Below are positions 32,118-40,239 of a stretch of 64,000 bases of DNA, piece after piece. The notes beneath the pieces are model-generated. The model worked only from the letters and a program-made list of their open reading frames with translations. It had not been told where the DNA came from and did not search any database. The position numbers were made by a program, and so were the translations under genes. Origin of the DNA: a virus; IMG/VR virus record IMGVR_UViG_3300020166_000010; one strand, written 5' to 3'. Position 1 is the stretch's first letter; each line of letters opens with the position of its first letter.

Positions 32118-32125
32118 TATATATT
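32118..32125 (-). promoter_or_regulatory. late-type promoter motif AATATATA
   Basis: Recurrent motif upstream of the amidoligase. Confidence 0.55.
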
Positions 32126-32151
32126 CAAGATATATTATGATAATATTGAAA

Positions 32152-32376
32152 CTATCTTTCTAGAATTATAAAATCACCAAATGCATCATCAAAAACCCTG
32201 ATTAAATTCTCGTAATCTCCGCTTTGCATTTGCTTAAGTAACTGTTCATATGGTTTATCTAAGTCTTGTGAAAACTTTTTAGCATACGCAAGTAGTGCAA
32301 GTGCATTGCCATCGGGCCCTGTTAAATCTATAACAATTGGTAAATCTTGATGCTTATGTAGTTTCTTTCTAATCAT
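32152..32376 (-). CDS. conserved-type small phage protein
   Basis: IDLTGPDGNA...MQSGDYENLI..FD..FG; ATG at 32376 preferred over the 32400 call. Confidence 0.65.
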   Translation of the reverse strand: MIRKKLHKHQDLPIVIDLTGPDGNALALLAYAKKFSQDLDKPYEQLLKQMQSGDYENLIRVFDDAFGDFIILER

Positions 32377-32716
32377 TTTCAAGTATGTTAGATATTTCAA
32401 TAAAATCAGAAATCTCCTTTTTTGTTATATTATTTATCAATGGGAATAATTCATTAATATCGTCTCGGCCTACCCATCCGATAACATCGTCATTAATTCC
32501 TGGTTTTACCAATTTAGTAAAGAAAGGTATATTATCTTCATGCAATATTGCAATCTCAAAAGAAGAATGTTCTTTTTCAGAATTTAAATCTTCTCTTGGC
32601 GTACAGTATGCTGATTTACCAGCGGCAACACTCAATATTAATCCGTTATCGAAATGATGAGTTGCGTTTATTCCTCCCCATCCTAATTTTTTAAATTTTA
32701 ATTCTTTAAATTTCAT
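32369..32716 (-). CDS. hypothetical protein (early cassette)
   Basis: 115 aa; FDNG..LSV...FEIAIL...DDVIGW small phage protein pattern. Confidence 0.65.
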   Translation of the reverse strand: MKFKELKFKKLGWGGINATHHFDNGLILSVAAGKSAYCTPREDLNSEKEHSSFEIAILHEDNIPFFTKLVKPGINDDVIGWVGRDDINELFPLINNITKKEISDFIEISNILEND

Positions 32717-32727
32717 GTTTTTATTTT

Positions 32728-32949
32728 TTAAAGTTCAAAGTTTTCTTGAAGTTCTTTAATTAACTTTTGAATCTCTTTTTTATTAAGAGTAATGTGTGTA
32801 AAGAAATCTCCTTGATCTCTCATTGTAAATTGTACTTTCATACCTTCTTTACCTCCACTGAATCTAGTTAGTGACATTTCAGTGTTTTCCATTTCATTTG
32901 TCTTTTGATTGTGGAATTGACCTTTAAGTGATTTTAATTCGGTTGACAT
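32728..32949 (-). CDS. hypothetical protein (early cassette)
   Basis: ATG at 32949 downstream of the early-type promoter; the longer GTG start lies inside the promoter. Confidence 0.65.
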   Translation of the reverse strand: MSTELKSLKGQFHNQKTNEMENTEMSLTRFSGGKEGMKVQFTMRDQGDFFTHITLNKKEIQKLIKELQENFEL

Positions 32950-32973
32950 ATCTATTAGCTTTTTAATTATATA

Positions 32974-33022
32974 TAAATATAACACTTTTTATTGATATAA
33001 AAAAACTTTTATACATTTATTT
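32974..33022 (-). promoter_or_regulatory. early/host-type promoter repeat, copy A
   Basis: 43/49 identical to 50261-50309; T-tract...TATATTTA resembles the Bacteroidota -33/-7 (TAnnTTTG) promoter. Confidence 0.7.
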
Positions 33023-33026
33023 TGTA

Positions 33027-33045
33027 ATTTATAATGATTATAAAT
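33027..33045. promoter_or_regulatory. perfect 9-1-9 palindrome ATTTATAAT-G-ATTATAAAT (Fur/PerR-box-like)
   Basis: Perfect inverted repeat containing TTATAATNATTATAA; second copy at 50324-50342. Confidence 0.55.
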
Positions 33046-33048
33046 AAG

Positions 33049-33079
33049 AAAGGCCCAAACATAAAATGAATGGGCCTTT
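33049..33079 (-). terminator. intrinsic terminator after the bS1-like gene
   Basis: AAAGGCCCA...TGGGCCTTT stem followed by a U-rich tract on the minus strand. Confidence 0.7.
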
Positions 33080-33101
33080 AGTTTATAAAAATAAAGTAGT
33101 C

Positions 33102-34370
33102 TTAGATTTTCAAGAAAATCTTTCTAGAGTCTGCATCGATTCTAGTAACCTGTACTGTAATATTATCTCCAGGTTTAATAGTTTCTAAATCTATAACATC
33201 TTCAATTTCTGAAATATGTAATAGTCCAGCAACTCCTTTTTCGATGTCTACGAAGATACCGTAGTCTTTTACTGCTCGAACTGTTCCAACAATTTCACTT
33301 GGTGTTTTGATTCTATCAGTAATACCATCCCATAAGTCAACAACTGGTTTTGCATCTAACTGTGTTAGGATAATCTTTTCGTTCGATACAACTTCTTTAA
33401 TCTTAAATGCGATATCATCTCCAGGTTTAATTTCCCTAGCTCTATGTGCTTTTAATAATTCAGGAGTTAGATCATTAACGTGAATCATTCCAGTTAAACA
33501 TTCATCAAACTCTACAAATACTCCGTATTTTGCAGAACCTGTAACTTTACCTGTAAGATCTTGTGTTAGATTTTCCTTCAGTGCTTCGATTTTAGAAGGA
33601 ATCATTGCTTTTAAATATTCTCTGTGAGATACTACAATAGTTCCTCTTTTTTCTGAGAAACTTACAGGAACAACATACATATTGCCTCCTACAATAGATT
33701 CAAAGTCTGCTAATTTGTTAATTCCAGCTAAAGAACCTGGCATAAAACATTCAACCCCCTGTACGGTTACAATATAACCTCCTCCTGGTATCATTTGAGA
33801 AACTGTACCCATATATCCGGTTGCACCGTCTTTAATAGATTCCATTATTTCCTTAACAACCGCTGATTTAATACCTGCACTGATAGATCCTAATACGAAT
33901 CCTCGACCTCCGCCCATTTGAAGAACTTGAATCTTAACCTCAGCATCTGGAACAAATAATCCCCTAACGCTAATTTCTTCTTTTAAGACATTAACATATA
34001 CATTTTCTCGATATCCGATATCAACCGCAACCCACTCTTCGTTTATACTATAAATAGTACCCGAATAGATTTCACCAACCTCAACTTTCATCTGAGCTGG
34101 TTTAGCCTCTTCATATCCGTTAAAAAGATCTAAAAGATCTTGTGCATACGGCTCATGAGAATATACGTTATAATTACCTGTGTTTTTAAGTCCTTTGTTT
34201 ATCTTTCTAGATCTTGAAGGACATGACGCTTGGTGAGCATCCCAGTCGAATTCTTCGAGTGGAACATTAGCATTTTCTAAGTATGCTAATTTGTCATTTT
34301 TTTTTGTTTCTTGAGCGACTGGTTCTTCTTTAGTTAGTCTTACTCTTTTTGTTTTAACGTCTGTAGACAT
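33102..34370 (-). CDS. rpsA: ribosomal protein bS1-like protein (about four S1 domains)
   Basis: PLEEFDWDA N-terminal segment; S1 repeats VDIGYR, GVECFMPGS, YGVFVEFDECLTGMIHVNDL, DYGIFVDIEKGVAGLLHISEI. Confidence 0.82.
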   Translation of the reverse strand: MSTDVKTKRVRLTKEEPVAQETKKNDKLAYLENANVPLEEFDWDAHQASCPSRSRKINKGLKNTGNYNVYSHEPYAQDLLDLFNGYEEAKPAQMKVEVGEIYSGTIYSINEEWVAVDIGYRENVYVNVLKEEISVRGLFVPDAEVKIQVLQMGGGRGFVLGSISAGIKSAVVKEIMESIKDGATGYMGTVSQMIPGGGYIVTVQGVECFMPGSLAGINKLADFESIVGGNMYVVPVSFSEKRGTIVVSHREYLKAMIPSKIEALKENLTQDLTGKVTGSAKYGVFVEFDECLTGMIHVNDLTPELLKAHRAREIKPGDDIAFKIKEVVSNEKIILTQLDAKPVVDLWDGITDRIKTPSEIVGTVRAVKDYGIFVDIEKGVAGLLHISEIEDVIDLETIKPGDNITVQVTRIDADSRKIFLKI

Positions 34371-34421
34371 TCTTTTTTTAATTTAAATTGTTAATAATAG
34401 TGAATAAATAATTTTATAGGT

Positions 34422-34429
34422 TATATATA
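34422..34429 (-). promoter_or_regulatory. late-type promoter motif TATATATA
   Basis: 51 nt upstream of the bS1-like ATG. Confidence 0.55.
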
Positions 34430-34435
34430 CTTTTT

Positions 34436-36286
34436 TTAAAATGAGAGTGGCATGAATCCTACCATAGGAATTGGACCACCTGGTGTTGCTATTCCACCTA
34501 AATATAAAAACTTTAATTTTAATAAGTGCTTTGCACATGCGCATGCAACTGCGGTTGCAACTAGAGTGGCAGCAACCGGAGTAGCCGGAGGAACTTCAAA
34601 AATCTTACCGCTGTTCCATGCTCTTCTTAAATCGTTTGCAAGTGATGTCTTGCTACCATAATATATTGGAGCAAACACCCCAAGTAACGGAGCGGTTATA
34701 TTACATGGTGGAATTGGCGGCCCACTTGTAAATGGCTGAGCTGCTGCTGATTGCCAGTATTTAATAATAGCACCTGCCATTATCTCATATGGATCCTCAC
34801 CATCTTCCTCTTGATCCTGCGAGTTTATCTCTTCCATGTAGTTGGCCCACTTCCTTTGAGTTTCCCACCATCTTTCTTGCTCTTTTTCATATAGTAAATC
34901 CTTTCCGCGTTTTCGCCATAATCGACCGGCTTGGCTAGTGTATGTGGCAACCGCTCCATCAATTGACGGAACGTACGTGAAGGCTTTAATTAAGCCTTGT
35001 TTTATTTCTTCTGGTATTTCTTCTGGCCTTTGCTTATGCTCTTCTTGAAAGACATATTGATTAATCTGATAATCCGCAGTAGACAGGGGCGGTATAATAA
35101 GTGTACTTGTTAAAGAATATTTATTACCTCCATCATTTATTACTTTATTTCTTTCTTCTTTTTCGGCATTTCTCCATGCTTTTTCTAAAGATTTTATTTT
35201 ATCGTATATCTTTCTAGAAAGACCCCTGTATCTGTATGGTATCTCTGTTCCATACTTTAGAAGCTCTACCCATAGCTTATATCCTGCTGAATTATCATTC
35301 CCTGTTAGAATTCTACTAACTAGAACATCTATTTTTTCTTCTTCAGTAAGATCTGGTATAGTATTTCTAATAGGCTTAGTAATATTCTCTGGATATCCTG
35401 CAGCGTCTCCTTGTAACTTTTCATCAATGCCACTTAGTTTCTCTAATACTCCACCATCACTTATAGTAATTGATTTAGTCTTATTTATTGTTTTGATTAA
35501 AGATTTACCGGACATATCTAGTATTTCTTTAAATGTATATGTATATTTACCAGGAACTGTGGGCACGTTGATTACAGCAAAGCCAGTGTTACCCCCAGCT
35601 CCACTACCTGAGCCTGATCCGCTGCCTGAACCCGATGATATCGAGCCAGATCCTACTGAACCTACTATTAGCGGAGATTGTTCAATTTCGTTTATTGTAT
35701 ATCTTATTTTAAAAGATTGTTCTGGATTAAATTTTTTAATTATAAATCGAACAACGTAATTATGGGATGGTGTATTTATATCTGAACTTGCTTTAGTAAC
35801 TACACTAAAATCTATATCTCCATCATTTGCGGTGTCATTCGGATCCTCCTCTGGATATGGGACCGGGCATGTTGATTCATATAGAGGATAGTAATTAAAC
35901 TTCTGAAGAGTGTCTGTATTCTCTGAAGTCCATTTTTCTATCTCGCACTGTGCGTCAAATGTTAGATCGGATTCTGGAAGTATTTCCGTAATAGACTGGT
36001 ACTGTGATAAAGTTTTTCTATCTTCAAGAGAGGTTTTATAATCTTCGAAAAGCTTTTTAAATGCCTTGTCAAATCCTTCCGCTAAAACTGGCTTTACACC
36101 AGCATTACTATGTGTATTTCCGAATGGTGTTTGTGCTGTTGATACTGCGGCAACATATTCATCTGCCAGAAACGAAGCAAAGTCTCCAATACCAGGAGCA
36201 TTAGGAGGTAATCCCATACTCTCTGCACTTCTTGCTGTTAGTTTTGCAGATACGTTATTAATAAATAAAGGCCATTTTGCCGGCAT
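34436..36286 (-). CDS. hypothetical protein, probably virion-associated (follows the spike gene)
   Basis: 616 aa; internal (SG)n linker; late motif upstream. Confidence 0.55.
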   Translation of the reverse strand: MPAKWPLFINNVSAKLTARSAESMGLPPNAPGIGDFASFLADEYVAAVSTAQTPFGNTHSNAGVKPVLAEGFDKAFKKLFEDYKTSLEDRKTLSQYQSITEILPESDLTFDAQCEIEKWTSENTDTLQKFNYYPLYESTCPVPYPEEDPNDTANDGDIDFSVVTKASSDINTPSHNYVVRFIIKKFNPEQSFKIRYTINEIEQSPLIVGSVGSGSISSGSGSGSGSGSGAGGNTGFAVINVPTVPGKYTYTFKEILDMSGKSLIKTINKTKSITISDGGVLEKLSGIDEKLQGDAAGYPENITKPIRNTIPDLTEEEKIDVLVSRILTGNDNSAGYKLWVELLKYGTEIPYRYRGLSRKIYDKIKSLEKAWRNAEKEERNKVINDGGNKYSLTSTLIIPPLSTADYQINQYVFQEEHKQRPEEIPEEIKQGLIKAFTYVPSIDGAVATYTSQAGRLWRKRGKDLLYEKEQERWWETQRKWANYMEEINSQDQEEDGEDPYEIMAGAIIKYWQSAAAQPFTSGPPIPPCNITAPLLGVFAPIYYGSKTSLANDLRRAWNSGKIFEVPPATPVAATLVATAVACACAKHLLKLKFLYLGGIATPGGPIPMVGFMPLSF

Positions 36287-36306
36287 GATTGTATTGTTTT
36301 ATAGAC

Positions 36307-36314
36307 TATATATC
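36307..36314 (-). promoter_or_regulatory. late-type promoter motif GATATATA
   Basis: Directly after the spike gene stop. Confidence 0.6.
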
Positions 36315-37037
36315 CTATTTACCAGTCTGTTGATAATCTACGTGCTTCGCTCTCAACGCGTCTACAAACATTGGTGTTGGAAACGCAGGTAGACCTGATG
36401 GACCGGTCCCTGTTGGATGCCAGTGTCTTTCATATTCATCAAGAAATTCATTTAACCATTTCTCTAAACTAACTCCACGAACAGCAGGCTCTGACTCATC
36501 AGCACCTTCTTCTCCCTTGTTTGATAAAAATATATCACCAGAATCTAGAAAGATTTTTTGGTCTGTTGATATTTTGATATACCCTTCCTCGTCGATTTGT
36601 ATAAGTGGTCGTTTTTTAGCGCCGCTTCCTCTTGTAATTACCAAACCATCTTTAGTTGATGAATATATTCTTATGTCTCTTTCGGCATCATATACTAAAC
36701 TAACAACATCATGTGCATTATCAGGATCTTGTTCTAAAACTTCTGATTTAAGATCTTTATTTTGGTTAATTTGAAACCAGTATTCAGGATGATATATGTT
36801 ACCATTGTCAAATCTAACCGCAACAATATCTCCAACTCTTGGAATTGAATGTGCTCCTGCATTATCTCTGTTCATTGGAGTTGCCCATGGAATTGATTCA
36901 TTTTCTAATAAATCAAACTTACCATAAACTTTAACTCGACATCTTCCTAAAAGAGAAGGATCTACATTATCAACCACCTCGCCTAGCCAGTGAGTTTCTC
37001 TAATATTATCTTTTTCTAGTTCCTTGTCTCTTGCCAT
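36315..37037 (-). CDS. baseplate central spike (gp5/VgrG OB-fold, no lysozyme domain)
   Basis: GEVVDNVDP..LGRCRVKVYG...IPWA...IPRVGDIVAVRFDNGNI..P; C-terminal HWH metal-tip motif. Confidence 0.85.
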   Translation of the reverse strand: MARDKELEKDNIRETHWLGEVVDNVDPSLLGRCRVKVYGKFDLLENESIPWATPMNRDNAGAHSIPRVGDIVAVRFDNGNIYHPEYWFQINQNKDLKSEVLEQDPDNAHDVVSLVYDAERDIRIYSSTKDGLVITRGSGAKKRPLIQIDEEGYIKISTDQKIFLDSGDIFLSNKGEEGADESEPAVRGVSLEKWLNEFLDEYERHWHPTGTGPSGLPAFPTPMFVDALRAKHVDYQQTGK

Positions 37038-38218
37038 TATTCGTGTATATTACCTAGAGATTTTGCAGCCGCTGAGTTTAGCGCATCTCCAATAGTCTGT
37101 CCTTGATCTACTAAACCATGTACGTTATCTGCAATAACGCTTTGTATATTATTTGCGTTTGCTGCAGGATTTGCGATGTTATCAACTCCTTTTACAAAAT
37201 CCTTATATAGATTATTAACAGCTGCATTAACTCGACCTACTGTCGCATCTTTAGCTTGCTGCTTTAATTCATTAACTTTTTGGATAGCTGTGTTTTTTAA
37301 ATCTCCAACTGCTCGATCAGCAAATGCTGTTGCTTTTTGAACAGCTTGATCTTTTAGCCAATCCCCTACACTATTAAGTTCTTTATTCTCCGAATCTGGC
37401 GATGGCGATAAATCATCAGTGTTGTAAACAGATTCTACAATACCATTTAATACCCTAGCTTCCATATCATATAATGCTTCATAGGTTATTGATATTTCTC
37501 CGGTTGCTACCTCTGGCGTTGCTTTTTGTAAATCTGCAAATATAGTTGTTCCAGATTTTAAATCAAATTCACAAAATTTAAGAGCAAACATAAAATAAGG
37601 TTTTCCACTAGTTCCTGAAATTCCGGAATTTGCATTATCTATACCTATTTTCGGTTTAAAATTATCTGGAAATCCTCCTAGATCAACTCCACTTAAAGTA
37701 GGTTTAGACATGTTTTTAATAGCCCTAACTTCAGTAACGTAAATATACATTCTGAATTTTCTTAAATTGGTTGGTAAAACCCACGTCCATTTTCTTTCAT
37801 CGAAAACAGCTTTTCTATATAAGTGCATTAAACCAGATATTGTCAGGTTAATAGACTCTAAAGTTCCTATAGTTATTACAGCATCATCTCCTCCAAAATA
37901 CGGGTTTAACGGATTATACTGTTGTATTTTTTCTAAACCAGATAAACTTTGCCAAAACCAAGGCATTTCATTATTAATAAGTTTTAAAGCTTTTTTAAAG
38001 TTTTGAAGTGCTTCTAATTTTTCTTTATAATACTCCGACGTTTCTCCTTCAGATGATAGTCTCTTTAAATAATCCTCAGCAGGGTCTGCTAATAGAGGCG
38101 AATTGGCAGCATCTGCAAAATCAAACAACATAAGAAACGACATATAAGTTGGATCTTGGTATTGTTGACTTGCTCTTTTACCTTTTCTAAAATCTGATAT
38201 TTTCTTGAAATCTGACAT
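37037..38218 (-). CDS. baseplate/tail-tube-like structural protein
   Basis: Between hub and spike genes; WFWQSLSGL tube-like segment. Confidence 0.5.
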   Translation of the reverse strand: MSDFKKISDFRKGKRASQQYQDPTYMSFLMLFDFADAANSPLLADPAEDYLKRLSSEGETSEYYKEKLEALQNFKKALKLINNEMPWFWQSLSGLEKIQQYNPLNPYFGGDDAVITIGTLESINLTISGLMHLYRKAVFDERKWTWVLPTNLRKFRMYIYVTEVRAIKNMSKPTLSGVDLGGFPDNFKPKIGIDNANSGISGTSGKPYFMFALKFCEFDLKSGTTIFADLQKATPEVATGEISITYEALYDMEARVLNGIVESVYNTDDLSPSPDSENKELNSVGDWLKDQAVQKATAFADRAVGDLKNTAIQKVNELKQQAKDATVGRVNAAVNNLYKDFVKGVDNIANPAANANNIQSVIADNVHGLVDQGQTIGDALNSAAAKSLGNIHE

Positions 38219-38222
38219 ATAG

Positions 38223-38230
38223 TATATATT
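38223..38230 (-). promoter_or_regulatory. late-type promoter motif AATATATA
   Basis: 4 nt before the ATG at 38218. Confidence 0.6.
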
Positions 38231-38248
38231 CTTATTAGTTTGTAGCTA

Positions 38249-39745
38249 TTAACCTTGTAAATTATTTAATCTACTTGGCCATTCTCTTCTTAAAAGAGTT
38301 AAGTGCTGTCTGATAGCCCCTCCCTTGTATGTGTATCTAATAGATCCTATAATATAAAATCCGCTTAAGAATTCATCTACTGCTTGTGCAGATCCGTTAG
38401 TTGGTAAATCAGGATCAGATTCTGGTTGTGCTTCAAAACCAAGTTCTTCTTTTGTGGTTTTTACCTGTGTATCAACTAAAACCTGCGAGTCTGTTTCGTG
38501 AAAAATAACAACAGGTATTTTTTGATATCTATATAATGCAGGATTCCATGTAGATAGCTCAATCTCAAGAGTCATTTTATCTAGTTCCTGTAGATTTTGC
38601 TGATTATGTATACCTGCAAAGTTGTAATTTAAGTGCGTATTCGAAGTCTCAGGGTCACTGTTCCTTCTACCTACATATTTATACTTTATTTCTTGTTTGT
38701 ATCTCTCCTCATCCCTACGTCCTTTCATGGGCTCGGCAATGTCCTTCATTTCATTTGAAGATAAAGGTTCAATATCGAAGTTTACTAATCCTTCATCAGA
38801 GTCGTTTTCAAAGTATTGCAATACTCTTTTGTAGCCATTTCTTTTTGCAATAGTACCTGCATTATTTTTAAGAGAATATTTATCAATATGTAAATTAGAT
38901 CCTTCAAGTTCTGACTTTGTGCTAAGTATTAAAGTGCTTGCCATCTCATTCGTTGTATTGCTAGCGTCCGGTCCTTTGGTATCGTTCATATCATCGTTCA
39001 TTGCTGCAACAGCATCTTCAAAATCATCCTCTGCATTTATCATTATATTTAAGTCGACATATGTCAGATAATAAAAAGGATCGATACAGTATGTTTGAAA
39101 AGAATCATCATTAACATATGAGTGTTTTACTAGATTTGTAATAGTATCTATAATAGGCTCGTATGTTGTTACACAATTCATTTCATCGTCAGTTGTATCA
39201 ACGTTAGAGGCAAATCCTATTTTTAAATCAGTAGCTATTTTTTCTAAGTGATCTATTGTTGTTCCTTTACCGTAAGATTTACACTGCTCTGCATTTATCC
39301 CTGGAATTTTCATCTCGCCGGCAAATGAATACTTAGCACCACCTGACCCTCTAGATATTACACTAACAGGTGGAGATTCTACGTTTGTAATGTCAAAATC
39401 TATTCTAATATCTTTGTAATCGTCTTTCGGTCTTGCTGATAGTCTTACTGTTATTACATCTCCGTCTCTTGGAAAAGAGTCTACATTAAATCTAGCATCA
39501 TTGTCAATTACAGTAAGTTCTATTGTTGGAACAAATTCGTCTAATGAAATCTCAAAAGACTTTATATCTGCTCGATTGAATTGATACCCATTAATAATAA
39601 TTAATGGAAATTCAACCCCAAGATCTCTAGTTATGTTCGCATCACCTGGATTATCACCCTCTTGCTCGCCAAACGAGTCAAAATTATGTTCATCTAGTTT
39701 TATTGTTGGTTCTAACCTTGTTAAAATTTTACCTTCTAATGCCAT
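38249..39745 (-). CDS. baseplate hub protein (T4 gp27-like)
   Basis: C-terminal LSGFYIIGSIRY...QHLTLLRREW hub-type motif; position between LysM and spike genes. Confidence 0.65.
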   Translation of the reverse strand: MALEGKILTRLEPTIKLDEHNFDSFGEQEGDNPGDANITRDLGVEFPLIIINGYQFNRADIKSFEISLDEFVPTIELTVIDNDARFNVDSFPRDGDVITVRLSARPKDDYKDIRIDFDITNVESPPVSVISRGSGGAKYSFAGEMKIPGINAEQCKSYGKGTTIDHLEKIATDLKIGFASNVDTTDDEMNCVTTYEPIIDTITNLVKHSYVNDDSFQTYCIDPFYYLTYVDLNIMINAEDDFEDAVAAMNDDMNDTKGPDASNTTNEMASTLILSTKSELEGSNLHIDKYSLKNNAGTIAKRNGYKRVLQYFENDSDEGLVNFDIEPLSSNEMKDIAEPMKGRRDEERYKQEIKYKYVGRRNSDPETSNTHLNYNFAGIHNQQNLQELDKMTLEIELSTWNPALYRYQKIPVVIFHETDSQVLVDTQVKTTKEELGFEAQPESDPDLPTNGSAQAVDEFLSGFYIIGSIRYTYKGGAIRQHLTLLRREWPSRLNNLQG

Positions 39746-39746
39746 T

Positions 39747-40238
39747 CTATAATATTATCACGTCTCCGTTAATGTCGATATTCTTGTCTCCGTCTTTTAG
39801 TATATTTGGCGGAACTATTTGTTTTGATCCATTTTGCTTTTGCGCAGCTTTTTTCTTTAGATACTCTGCTCTCTTAGCGTCCTTAACTGTTAATCTCTTA
39901 GAGTCAACAAACTGATCCCTTATTGATTTATCTTTTTGGCTTCCTATTCCTTTAATTGTTTTCCAGGCTTTTAGTATTGCGTCTTTATCTGGTATATTTA
40001 AAACATCGCCTTCAGTTATTGAAAAAGGATTAGATATATTATTAAATTTTAAAATAAGATCAGAGTAATCTGCAAGCCCGTAATACTTGATTGATATCAT
40101 ATCAATTCGGCATGTCTCATCTGCTGAAACTTCATGAACTGCCCTGATTTCAGCATTTTTAGGAAACAATATAGTTGGTTCGGTTATTCTTAACTTACCA
40201 TCCTTTATTTTTTTATTATTTATAGATTTTAAGTTCAT
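39747..40238 (-). CDS. baseplate LysM-domain protein (T4 gp53-like)
   Basis: RIDMISIKYYG....DLILKFNNISNPFSITEGDVLNIP. Confidence 0.8.
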   Translation of the reverse strand: MNLKSINNKKIKDGKLRITEPTILFPKNAEIRAVHEVSADETCRIDMISIKYYGLADYSDLILKFNNISNPFSITEGDVLNIPDKDAILKAWKTIKGIGSQKDKSIRDQFVDSKRLTVKDAKRAEYLKKKAAQKQNGSKQIVPPNILKDGDKNIDINGDVIIL

Positions 40239-40239
40239 A

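Noticed and set aside
32950-32985. Similar 'MLYL' N-termini of ORFs 32728..32985 and 49997..50272
   Set aside because: Artefact of GTG starts inside the shared promoter repeat; true starts are likely 32949 and 50233
35590-35660. (SG)n low-complexity stretch
   Set aside because: Ordinary flexible linker with varied codons
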